A stretch of 63,960 nt of DNA, filler included, from Phoronis australis (lineage: Eukaryota > Animalia > Phoronida): NCBI GenBank assembly GCA_002633005.1. It is 9 parts of 9 records of this genome, joined end to end, with 100 filler letters (N's around TTAATTAATTAA, not from the genome) between each part and the next. Parts side by side here need not be neighbours in the genome. Positions count along the whole stretch, not along the records: positions 1 to 21,986 come from NMRA01001400.1; positions 22,087 to 33,918 come from NMRA01001674.1; 7 more parts are not named here. The stretch is one strand, 5' to 3'. Under the pieces are notes generated by a model. The model did not search any database, was not told the DNA's origin, and saw nothing but the letters and a program-made list of their open reading frames with translations. This document shows positions 13,451-24,673 of the stretch, piece by piece; position 1 is the stretch's first letter, and each line of letters starts with the position of its first letter. The translations under genes and the position numbers were made by a program.

Positions 13451-14600
13451 ATGCTTCTCCTTCTGCGATTTTTGAGATTGGCTGTTCAAATTTCGTAAAC
13501 AGTGTGGTGCCATATAATTGCAACCAAAAATTTTGATCTGATCAACTGAACCGAATTTCTAGGTCAAAGGACAGCAACTGCAAAACTGATTTTTAGCTAT
13601 ACCTTTAATAATCACAAATATGATTTCCGTTCGTAAAGGAAATTCAGTCACAAACTTTGGGGTAATTAGGTGCAACTGTAGAGTCATTATGTGTAGTTTT
13701 CTGTTGAAATTCCAATCGGATCAAAAGAACCGAGTTCGCGGGTCAAAGGTCATTAAGTGCAAATTTGCTATTTGTGAGGGAAATTCATTCACAAACTTTG
13801 GGGTCATTAGGTGCAACATTGGGGTCATTAAGTGCCGCTTTCTGTTAAATTTTCGACGTTTTCAATCAAAAGGGGTCTTTCAAATGCTTTTCCTTCTGCG
13901 ATTTTTGAGATTGCTTCTTCAAATTTTGTGAACAGCTTGGTGCCATATAAGTGCACCTAGAACATACATGAAATTTCGATCTCATCAAATGAACCGAATT
14001 TCCGGGTCAAAGGTCAGTACGTGCAAAAGTGACTTTTAGCTAGACCATTCGTAAAGAAATTTCATTAACAAACTTTGGGATCATTAGGCACGAATTTGGG
14101 GTCAATAAGTGCTTATTTAGTAAATATTTTCGGATACGGGAACCACATACGCAGTTTGAGACCAAAACTGTAAGTGATGAATTAGAAAGAATGTTCCTAT
14201 TCATGTTGGTTCACACAACTGCCAATCAAATTCAATTGATCATACGGGTATGACCCAAAATGCACCGCAATGGCCCGAAAAGGGTCAAGAAGTGCATTCC
14301 GTCAAAATGCTTCTTCTACAGGATTTTAGATGCACTCTTCGAGATCTATTAACTAATAGGCATTAGAGAAATGCATCCGAAATTTACTTGGAATTGAAAT
14401 CGGATCAAGTGAACCAAGTTCCTGGGTCAAAGATCATTCAGAGCAAATGTGATTTTTGAGCCAGACCTTTAATAATGACTCCTGTGATTTCTATTCGTCA
14501 AGGAAGCTCAGTCACAAACTTTGGGGCCATTAGAATTCCAATTAAATTTCGTACAGTATGCTTTTCTGTAGAAGAATGCACTCCTTGACCCGTTTCAAGT
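13451..14600 (+). repeat. Composite repeat of ~430-bp diverged units rich in GGTCAAAGGTCA and AAACTTTGGGGTCATTAGG
   Basis: 13451-~13620 aligns with 13884-~14050, with a third diverged unit from ~14307. The sub-motif CACAAACTTTGGGGTCATTAGG recurs 4 times. Confidence 0.75.
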
Positions 14601-15997
14601 CATTCCGATCCATTTTATGTCAAAACATTATAATCATTAAAAATCCCTTAATCATAGTATCAACCACAATGAATATGATTGTTGTTCATAAGTCAATGTT
14701 AGAGTAATGACAATCCGAAAAGGAAGGACGAATAAAAATAAGAACTATAACGCACTTACTTATGCGCACTTACAACACTGCGCGTGGTGTACGCGCGTGA
14801 GTAATGGGTTATAGGTGCATTAGATTGCATTGAAGTTGCGTAGCTGGTGTGAAAGAGAGTTGTTCCTGCTATACTATAAACGAACCAGTGGGAAATGGTA
14901 GGATGTCAACAAAAATTGCACGAGACACTGAATGAAAAAGAACATATCGCAAGAGAATAAAACCTAACATGTATATCTCCATGTATAACTCAAGCATAAT
15001 TTAAAAAATATAGTGGTTATATTTCAACCTAATTAATACTATGGTTGTTGAGTTGCCAAAATCTCGCCGGGCAGAAAAGTGGCCGGGCTCGGTTTAGTGA
15101 GCCACCTTAAAAGCTGGTGTGGTGGCAACCAGGCTCATGCTTCCCAAAGGATTGCAACATTATAGGCTACAAATTGTAAGATAAATTTCACCTCACACAC
15201 TTAGGTTTAGTTTGGCACAAACTTCTGACAGAAAAATACCCGACAGAATGTTTAATGTCAACACTGGGGGAATTATGTAACAGCTAAAAGTGAATTGTCA
15301 AAGCTCTTATGCATTTTTACGAAAGGATTAATTTTGGCATGATGAAATGATTTATTATATGGAGTTTATCGGGTGAACGTTCAAGTACTGACCAATAAGT
15401 TCGCTCAAAAACTAGACGATTGAAGAGCAAACATCGGTTTATTTGACCAACTTATATGTCGCCTCACCATGGTCACGTTCATTGAATATATATTTTACCC
15501 CAGCGTTTAGGCCGCGCCACCACAACAGCGTATATTATTTGAACACTTTCATCTTAATTATATGTTATAAATAGTTATTACAAAAGGGGTTTTAAACATG
15601 GAATGTCGGTCACAAAGATTTCTTTTCCACACAAATTCGCCACTCATCTGGACTTCAACACTGTCTGGTTCATGAACTCTAGTGACCTGTGGCTACAGTC
15701 AGCAGCAGCAGAATGTAGGTCAAGGTGCTTGGTCAAGATTCTCTGGCAGACAGTCTTATTTGAGCGATAAAATGACACGTGATTGATGAGAAGCGCCATC
15801 TGTTTGTCGTAAATGTTTTGAATGAGCAGGTACCTTTTACCATTTCGCGTATGTGGCCGAACAACCGGCCACACAGCAGCCGACCAGCAGAATGGTGAAT
15901 GTTGGCCAAATCTCCTTTTGTCCACTGACGTCACACAGCCGACCATGATTAGCAGACGACGTACTTGCCGGAAATTGCACCACAAACTTTAGCCAGG

Positions 15998-16974
15998 TGT
16001 CGCCAGTGAATAATGACGCAAGGGCTTATGCGTAAGATCACAGATTTCGTCCATTGAAAGTATACGGAGTTGACGGTCCATGCAGTCTATGTTGCCACGA
16101 GACCTCTTCGTCTCCTCTCTAATTAAATCTCACGTACATGTACATAACATGGTGGCAGGAGTTCTGTGACCGTGGAAAACCTAGTCTTTCACCTCTACTG
16201 TGAACTATTTTGCTCTCGAACTATGGCGTACAGTATCCCGTTCCTAGATAAGCTGGACTCAGTGATACTCGACGTGAGGAAGACTGGACATTGTTTGAGC
16301 ACCAATGGACGAACTATGCAATTTCGGCAGGAATTTCAACGAAGACTGCTACTTTACTTACTTGTTCCTCTCGTAGTGCGTTGAAAGTATTTTTAAAATG
16401 CCCTCAAGTTTGAAGAAGATAAGAAAAAGAATAACATCGACGTTGTGTTGAGACATACGAACGATACGTTTATAACACCCGATCACAGAAAGATGGTGAG
16501 TGTTTCGATGACTTTTACGCAGATCTTTTGAAGCTCTCGGAGAACTGTAATTTTGGTCCTTTGCAAGATTCGATAATTCAAGACAGGTTAGTTTGTGGGG
16601 TGAAGGATCGAGCTGTGCAGAAAAAACTGTATGAAACAGATCTTTACATAGATAAGGATTTAGACATATGTATGTCTACGGAACTTATTAATGTGCAGCT
16701 TCGCCAAATGGAGAAACCCTCACATGGTGACATTGATGCAGTAGCTGTGAAACACAAATCTCGCCAGTTCAAGCCGAACTTTAGTAAGCATCAAAGTCAA
16801 CGTGGTCCTGTGAAACATCACGGCCAGAAAAAGCATTCTAGTGAGACATGTGTTTTCTGTGGCAGAGACCAACACGATCGAAAGCAGTGTCGTGCGAAGA
16901 ACGCAACATGTAACCGCTATATATGGCACTCGGGGACATTTTGCCATAGTGTGTGGACGGGTGCATGGTGTTAA
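15998..16974 (+). mobile_element. 5' part of a Ty3/Gypsy LTR retrotransposon: putative LTR, PBS and disrupted gag
   Basis: ...ACATAACA (ends 16149) is followed directly by PBS-like TGGTGGCAG (16150-58, complementary to a tRNA-Leu 3' end). Gag-like sequence from ATG 16223 with frameshifts; 16528-16974 has CNFGPLQDSIIQDRLVCGVKD and Zn-knuckle CVFCGRDQHDRKQC. No pol or 3' LTR is visible; the LTR start is uncertain. Confidence 0.8.
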
Positions 16975-17768
16975 CAATTATTCATCTTTTTGACGTAAGA
17001 TGTCCTTATTGCAAAAAATCCACGACAAAATCCCTGGTATTGCACAGCGTCACTGGTCGGTCCCGTTGTTAGCGCGCAAGCAGTCCCTTCAGACGACCCT
17101 GACTTGGAAATCAAATGTGCGTCTCGTTTTTTATCGCAAAAGACAGAAAACGTGAAAGTGACAGCCCATTAATCAGCAAACGACGGCCACGTCTTTACTT
17201 TCAGCAAAGTAGTTTTTGAGTCGCCAAGATTTCTCAAACCTTTACATGTTGTTGCCAACGTAAGGTCGGTGGGCCTACTCCAGCGCTTCGAGTGCCTGAA
17301 CTCACGCGGGCGCACCACTGTAAAGCTGCATATCAAAAAAAAAAAACAGCTACAGTGAGTATACCGGCTTGGCTCTGTTAAGAACTCGGGTGCCAATGGT
17401 TTATTTGATAGTAAACTTATAGATTCCCGGCGCTTAAGACCTGATGCTTTACGATATTCCTCGGGACCGATGTAGCCCAGAACTGATATTTTCCTGTTTC
17501 GCTGTTCCCCGTGTAGATGTTCCCTGGGCCCGATGATATATTCCTGTACCCAGCTATTGCAGCTAAACGGGTAGATGCGAAATTGTGCTCCATACTTTTG
17601 AATTGTTTCAGAAGAGCTCACTGCTATACTAAGCGTTCCCCTTCGAGTTTCTAGGATTTCCAATTAAGCGTTAAGTTCAGGCCAGCGCCCATCATAGCGC
17701 ACTACAAACGACCGCACGTGGTTTGAAATTGACACGCGAGTCACTCTCATTTTGCACATCAAGTTCAG

Positions 17769-17922
17769 CAGTGGCGGAGTTAGAGGGGGCCAAGGGGGCC
17801 ATGGCCCCCCTAAAATTCTCCCTTATTCCAAGTGGCAGTTGGAGGTGCGAATGTCTGACGGGAAAAATACTGGCTAATACTCTGCCGTGCCCCTCCAAAT
17901 CAAAATCCTGAATCCGCCCCTG
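17769..17922. mobile_element. 154-bp hAT-like MITE with 5-bp target-site duplication
   Basis: TIR CAGTGGCGGAGTTAG / CAGGGGCGGATTCAG (rc of right end); flanked by TTCAG at 17764-68 and 17923-27. Confidence 0.75.
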
Positions 17923-20699
17923 TTCAGTCTTCAAAGAAAACGCCTTCTCAATATGTAAAAACCAACCACGGTTTTGTTTTATACCTCCGAAAGAAAGTAG
18001 GACTAGTGACGGGGTCGTTTTGTGACTGACCTATTTTTCCAGTACATGTACATGGAAGGTATTAAGAAGCAAACTTGAACTACTCGATGGAAACCGCACG
18101 GATTCGGCAATTATTTTGAGGCTTTTCATTTCATGGAAAATTAATTGTTGAGTGCTTAAACGGTATAAGTCCAGCATTTTTGTTGTGAATTTTGAACTGA
18201 TTTTCACCCACGCATCCGCTTACGTCATTCGACTAGGCCAACGTTTCAGAGATTTTTTCCACGGGATGTTTTTCAAACGTCAAGTTAAGTTTGGGATGAA
18301 TAAAAAATGGAGGAAGTTTGCACTCAGGGTTAGTTTGGACCTTCAATGGCATTGATGACAGTCATATAGCGGGTAAGACCTACCGAAATCGCCGATACTT
18401 TTTCAACGAATATTTTCTCATTTTTCACATTGCAAACTTAGCTACTCGAATGCACGCGTCGGTTAGAGAGCACTGATTCAACTTCCATGTCGGCAACAGC
18501 CTTTGAATGTCGGTTGTTTAGAACAGTGACGCCGTGCATGCAGGTAAGAACTCAATTTTGCGACCTGAAATTTGTATTAAATGTTGCAGGGAAGAACATA
18601 ATATAAACGTTTTGTCGTTGGTCTAAAAAAGTTATTGTAGCGCGTAAAAATGGCGGGAAAATTTTGCGACCTGGCATTTACGAATGCGAGCTGAATCTTG
18701 AAAATGCGACCAGAGATTTTGAGTAGGTCGCAAAATGCCACCTGGAGATTTTCATATCGTCGAGCCCACAGTGGTCGAGCCCTGAGAAGTAAGAAGTGGA
18801 AAACAAAAACTATGCTAGCATGTAAACGACGTTTCGATATTAATGAAAAGTCATCCTCATGTACAATTGTTAACAGAGAACAAAATGTTGTAACAAAATT
18901 TAGATTAATATTGAAATGTCGTTCTCAAACATGTTTTGGCCAAATTTCATGAAATTTCACCAAAACATCTAGTTACAGAAACTGTCACCAGGAGGCCAGC
19001 ATTACTCAAGGTATTTAAAAACTGACATCGACTGATTTGATCACCATAGAGCTGCCGGTAGTCAGGCACCGTAAAATAAGCGATGGTATGACTTTTCTAT
19101 CGGATGTTGCATGAAAACAAACAAAAAGCCCGTTTATTTTATTATTTTATTTTCTTAGTCAGACAGCAAACTGATGAAAAATATTGGAAATGACCAGCAC
19201 CCAGCAATCCGGCTCTTAGAGCAACTGAAAAATGGCTAAAATAACATACACAAAATTCGGCAAAATTTACCGAATTTTAGCATTCCATTGAAGGTTAATG
19301 GAAACTCCTATGAAAATTCAAAGACTGTCTTCTGATAAAGAGGTTCAGTATCTGCATAAAGATTATAAAGATTTTTTTCTTTCCGTTCTTTGAAGTCTTT
19401 TTAAAACAACTTCACTAACTGAATCTTAATGAACCAAAAATTGGCCATTTTATGTGAAAATATTCATGATGCTCTAACGTAAAAAATAATGGCCCTGAAA
19501 AGTTTTCTTTAAACATTTTGAACATATCCCACCAGGATGTATGTTAAACACAATATTTTCTAAGTTTGAGTCAGTGACCTTGTCGTGGAATACAGTTGAG
19601 ATCACTACTTGGAAGGGACTGAAGACAAAACTTAGCTTCATCTTAAAATAAACTTAAGTTTAAGTTTTGTCTTAGCTAAGAAAGATTTTTTGGGACGGGC
19701 GTGGTATTTTGTGTGCCGAGCACGATCGCAAGCAATAGCGAAATTTCAGGTTTTTGCAAGCCTAGAAAACTCTTCTAGTATGGCGTAGGAACCAACAGAG
19801 GTCAGCTTTCCAAGTTATTTTAAAAAATCACGTTTCATATCGGAACACAGGTTTGTAGCCTGTTAGTTTACACCTGGACTCAAGAAAGTATGAACGCGAT
19901 TAGGTTGGAATTAAGTAAAACTTACCGTTTGTATTAAGAGTAATGATTTAAAAATCATTTTACGTCTACGTGTGGTGCAGGATACGATTGCTTCAATTGC
20001 AGCTGAGAGTGGAGCCATTTTGAGACTGCTGGGCTAGCTCTTTTGCATAACCTGGGTCTTTGTTTATGATTCTTGTTAAGATGAGGACCAATTCCTGTGT
20101 CAGAAAGGATTATTATCACGAAAAAGGAATACTGCAAAGACTAGGATTATGGCAAAAGCTATACATAGGCCTTTCTCAAAATTTATGCATAACTCACATT
20201 CCAATCCCAGAAGGAGGCTAGTACTGACCAGTCTACTGAAGACAGTCATATAGATTTGTATATATTACAGAAAACTGCAGGTGGCACCCATACCCTCTCA
20301 AGGTCATGAATGAATCATTGCACAGTAAAAACAAGCAGTCATGCAATGATGCAAGCACTCGTGTAACCCCTGACGTTCGTAATTTTTACACACTAAAAAC
20401 CGTTTTGAATCTGAAAAGTTCAATTTCATGTTAACCACGTAGATATTCTGTTAGTACACGAATGTATAAGTATGGATAGTATGTAACCACTTGCTGTATT
20501 GGAAGTTATACCGGGGTATATTAGCAGGGTTGGCAGACCTGGGTGTATTAATTATAGTCGCCTTCAGGACCTTTTCGTTTTCCTGTAGCTTTATATAAGG
20601 ATTGCTGGAGCAAAATTTGTCAGAACGTTTCACTTGTTCAGCAGCAACAGAAAGGTGGAAAATATTAACCTGGGCAAATTTACAGCCAAACTCACTCTG

Positions 20700-21320
20700 G
20701 TGAATGGTGACAAACTCAAAATGTTCTTCACAGCCTTGAAACCCTAGTTGGACATTGCTTCACATGGCTCAGTGATATTTGTATCGTCACTGTAGACAGG
20801 CTCAATATACGATGTAGCTATACTAAACTGACTGTCGTCACTGTAGACAGACTCAATATACGATGTAGCTATACTAAACTGACTATCGTCACTGTAGACA
20901 GGCTCAATATACGATGTAGCTATACTAAACTGACTATCGTCACTGTAGACAGGCTCAATATACGATGTAGCTATACTAAACTGACTATCGTCACTGTAGA
21001 CAGACTCAATATACGATGTAGCTATACTAAACTGACTTACTAGAACAAGGGGCAGTGTGATGGCTGATAAAATATTTTAATTAATAAGATACTCAGTGAT
21101 AAGGGTTTAAAACTGAAAATCACTCCATTTCAGAGGAAACAAGAAAAAGGTAACAAATAGCCAGTTTGAGAATACATGAGGAGAGCTATTAGGCATATCA
21201 AGGACAATTAATCACTTGTGTATACACTTCAATTTCCTTGAACAATACTGGCTCAGTAAATTAATTGTGGACAGTTGCATGTTTTAAGCAAACTTCAGAG
21301 GCCCTATTGTGATTGAATGA
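20700..21320 (+). pseudogene. Harbinger/ISL2EU-type DDE (DDE_Tnp_4) transposase remnant
   Basis: Fragments HGSVIFVSSL*TGSIYDVAI, DLLEQG/SVMADK, LSDKGLKLKITPF, QIASLRIH/RAIRHIK, LWTVAC/NFRGPIV match the family pattern (VS..Y.GS.SD; ADRGF; RIHVERAI). Many stops and frameshifts. Confidence 0.75.
20782..21036 (+). repeat. 51-bp minisatellite, 5 near-identical copies
   Basis: Unit TATCGTCACTGTAGACAGGCTCAATATACGATGTAGCTATACTAAACTGAC at 20782, 20833, 20884, 20935 and 20986. Confidence 0.97.
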
Positions 21321-21986
21321 TACCATACAAATACAAGACCTATGCAGTGTAATATTACAACTCTGTCAATTTATTTTTATCCGCATATTAGAATGTACAT
21401 TCGGCTCATAAGAGTGACTACACCTCGATCTTGATGGCCATGTTAGTTTTCAACCAGGATAACTTTGGTTAGGGCCAGTGACAACATCACTATCAAATAC
21501 GTCCAAGTCTGTTTCCAGGGCAATCAAGCAAGAGATAGAAATTGAAGAAAAAATGACCCACCTTGTGCTTAGGTGTTAAATAATATTAATGTCTTAGTTT
21601 ACGGTTTTTAAACTATCCAGATATAAAGAACAACAAGAGACCACTGTGGATTGCTTGAAAACACGAGTAAGTGAAACATCATGTTCAATACTTGTCCCAA
21701 ACAACTGAATCGATGACTGACGAAATAATCTAATGAATTTACAAATAAAACTGACACCACTAAATGTTTTCACCATAATTAAACCAGTAGTCTTACCACT
21801 CATTGTTATCTTTGAATTCTTCATGGGAAACAAAAAATCCAATGAAATAGACTATGTAGTGTTACTATGCCTGACCAGCTGACAGCTCAACAACAACTGA
21901 ATAATGTTTATGCAGCCTGTAAAAGTGTTCACTTCTTAATGAAGTTATGTAACTTTCACTGGAGTACTTGTACCCTTTGGGCAGAT

Positions 21987-22086
21987 NNNNNNNNNNNNNN
22001 NNNNNNNNNNNNNNNNNNNNNNNNNNNNNNTTAATTAATTAANNNNNNNNNNNNNNNNNNNNNNNNNNNNNNNNNNNNNNNNNNNN
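21987..22086. other. Artificial contig linker; identical linkers at 33919-34018, 42993-43092, 48062-48161, 51594-51693, 54321-54420, 57646-57745, 61838-61937
   Basis: 44 N + TTAATTAATTAA (stops in all six frames) + 44 N, exactly 100 nt, eight times. Confidence 0.98.
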
Positions 22087-22873
22087 ACAGCAGTAGAAAT
22101 AAAAATTCATGGGTGGTGGTCTTCAGAAAAAAACTCAAATTATGGGTGGTCGTTCCTGTAAGAAGTGATGCATTAAAAATGGGTGGTATTTTTTGACCTG
22201 TTAATGTTGACAGGTTGATTACTTCAGCCATCAAAACTCAGAAAAAAAATGCAATTGTCATACATCTTAACTTATTCCAATACAAAAAATCCCATATTGC
22301 CAGTGAACAGAGTGCAATATGTTCACTTAGCCATTTATCAAGTCATGGGCAACTTGATTTGAGCCAACTGTTAGTCTGCAGTCCTATTGAATTGAAAAGT
22401 TATGCATCACTAAACTGGTGTGAACACATATAAGAAAATTGATGATTTTTAAATAAAAAGTATGAGGAGTAAGATAAACAAGTTCCAATATTTACTTGAC
22501 ATAGAAGTATAAAAGAGTTCGTGGACACAGTTTGAGATTCATAAAGCCTTATAATTGTAAAAATGTTCATTGAAATTATAGACACATGGTGAACAGAGCC
22601 ACCTGGTGGCTGCCAAAAGTATTGCTCACAGGTTACTTTAGTTTTTGACAATATTGGACAAGACAACTAGTTCTTGTCTGTCAATCATCTAAGTTCTGAA
22701 CAGGTCCTCCTGGAGGCAATTTGTTTGTAAGTGTTGGATTTTATATTTTAGCCTATTAAAAATAATTAAAAAATTATGGGTCATGGGTTGGAGAAATAAA
22801 TGAAAAATACGGGCGGTGGATACGAAATAAAAGTGCCTCCCCCCCTCCCATACAGATTTTGCTGGAACAGCCC
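22087..22873 (-). mobile_element. PIF/Harbinger-type non-autonomous element (copy 1, truncated by contig start)
   Basis: Reverse complement of the element at 39942-40615; ends ...GCTGGAACAGCCC followed by TTA. Confidence 0.8.
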
Positions 22874-23795
22874 TTACAAGACACAGCAGTAGTTAGATCA
22901 AACATATCTGCAAAATTTCATGAACACCCAACAAGGCGCTTTGAAGATACAGCTAGCCAAACGCAATCTGAAGTCGCATTGGTGAGCTGAATCCAGCACT
23001 GCTCTCTATATCTACTAAATTTTAGGAAAATCTACTGAGGATTCAAGACTATGTAATGGTGTGCACAAAGAACTAAAACTTCCATTAGGTGGCCCAGTGG
23101 TTATCGGATCAGCTAAACACAGGTATACTGTCTAGTAACACAAAGTTCAGATTCGGAATATGATGTATCGTCAAGTTTAATACCGCTATAAACCCGCCCT
23201 TCATCACAAAAAAAAAAACATCTTTGGCTTTAGACCACTAACCATAATGAATTCAGAGAAATAATCACTTACATGGGTTCTGCATTTTGAGAACCAGATA
23301 TGTCAACTGAAAAACGAACATCAAACTGATTCTGGAAATCCGGGATCTTTGAAAGTGGCTATTGCTCAAAGTGGCCTCAAATTGTTCTACTAGATAGTCA
23401 AATGAGAGATGATTTCAGAGCTTACAATTTGTTATTATTTTAGAACAGGCTCTACAAGAAGACCAGTCATGGCATGTCAACTTATGCGAAGAGCACAGTT
23501 TCAATGAATAACAAACAAGTTCTTTCAAGACCAGAAATCCCTTTTGAGACTAATGTTATAGTGGTATGTGGTCAAAATCAAGAGTTCTCTTCTTGGGTGG
23601 AATGCAGGTTTATCGCTGCTTTAACTGATTGTAACAGCGAGTGGTCGAATTCATATAAGTGCTATTCAATGTTGAAAATCAAAGACCAACTGAACAAATG
23701 CGAGATTTAAAACAGAAATGAGATATGTCGAACTGAAAAAGATTTGAAGAGTAAATAACACAATATTTTCCTACTCAATTTATGACAAATTATTA

Positions 23796-24614
23796 CCGTA
23801 AACTTATGAGTTAACACCGTGGACGCTTAAGTTGGGAAACCCTGAGACAGGGGGTAGGCGATTAACCAAGGCAGTGGGCGCTTAAACCGAAAATTGTCAA
23901 AATTCGAGGGTGAGCGATTACCTAAGCAGTGGCCTCTTACGTCCAAATTTTAGCTGAACTGTGCAAGCGCGTGAGGTGTTCATTTGAGCATGTAACTTGT
24001 ACGTTCGGTAAATCAGTGGAACCCGACAACCATAAAGTTTCTGACAGCTGAAACTAAAACAGTATTTTTGACTTTGAAAGGGTGATTTTACGAGACCGTT
24101 GTCAAAAACTCAACTGTTTTCAAACATATTGTGATTAATTGCTCATTTCAAATCTCGGTCGACCCGGGAGATAAATGTAGCATAATGATGAACTCTGTGA
24201 GTGCAACTGTAACATGCGAATAACTTTCCAGTTCGATTGAGATCATTAGTAAACGATGAACCTACTGGTAGGCCTAATTTAACAAAAGCCCAGTTAATAA
24301 GTTCAAGCAGCGCTTAAGTTATTCCACAAATGCCGTCTAAAAAACGCACTTTTCGAGACTATCGTATGTAAGCATGCCATGTTTCCAGCCAACACGTAAG
24401 TTTCAGCCCGAGGCAAAGCTGCAAACAAAAGCACAAGTTCAAGCTCAAGTTCTGTTAACGGTAAGTTGGGGATGGGCGATTACCTATGAAGCTGAAATAT
24501 GTGCAAAGTTGGGTATGGGTAATTACCCGAACAGTGGGCGCTTACATCGAAATTTTGACAAAAGTCAGAGATGAGCGATTACCCAAGTATGGGCATTAAC
24601 CCGTGAGTTTACGA
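23796..24614. mobile_element. Tc1/mariner-type non-autonomous element (TA flanks)
   Basis: TA|CCGTAAACTTATGAGTTAACACC versus rc of right end TA|TCGTAAACTCACGGGTTAATGCC; subterminal repeats GRGCGATTACC and GTGGGCGCTTA at both ends. Confidence 0.7.
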
Positions 24615-24673
24615 TAGTACTGGGAACTGTGGAGTAGCTAATAGAATCATGTCACGTTCGTGCATAAGCTCAC

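Noticed and set aside
17169-17663. 164-aa minus-strand ORF
   Set aside because: No recognisable motif; crosses an A12 run and repeat-like sequence (possible SINE tail near 17270-17347); likely a chance ORF.
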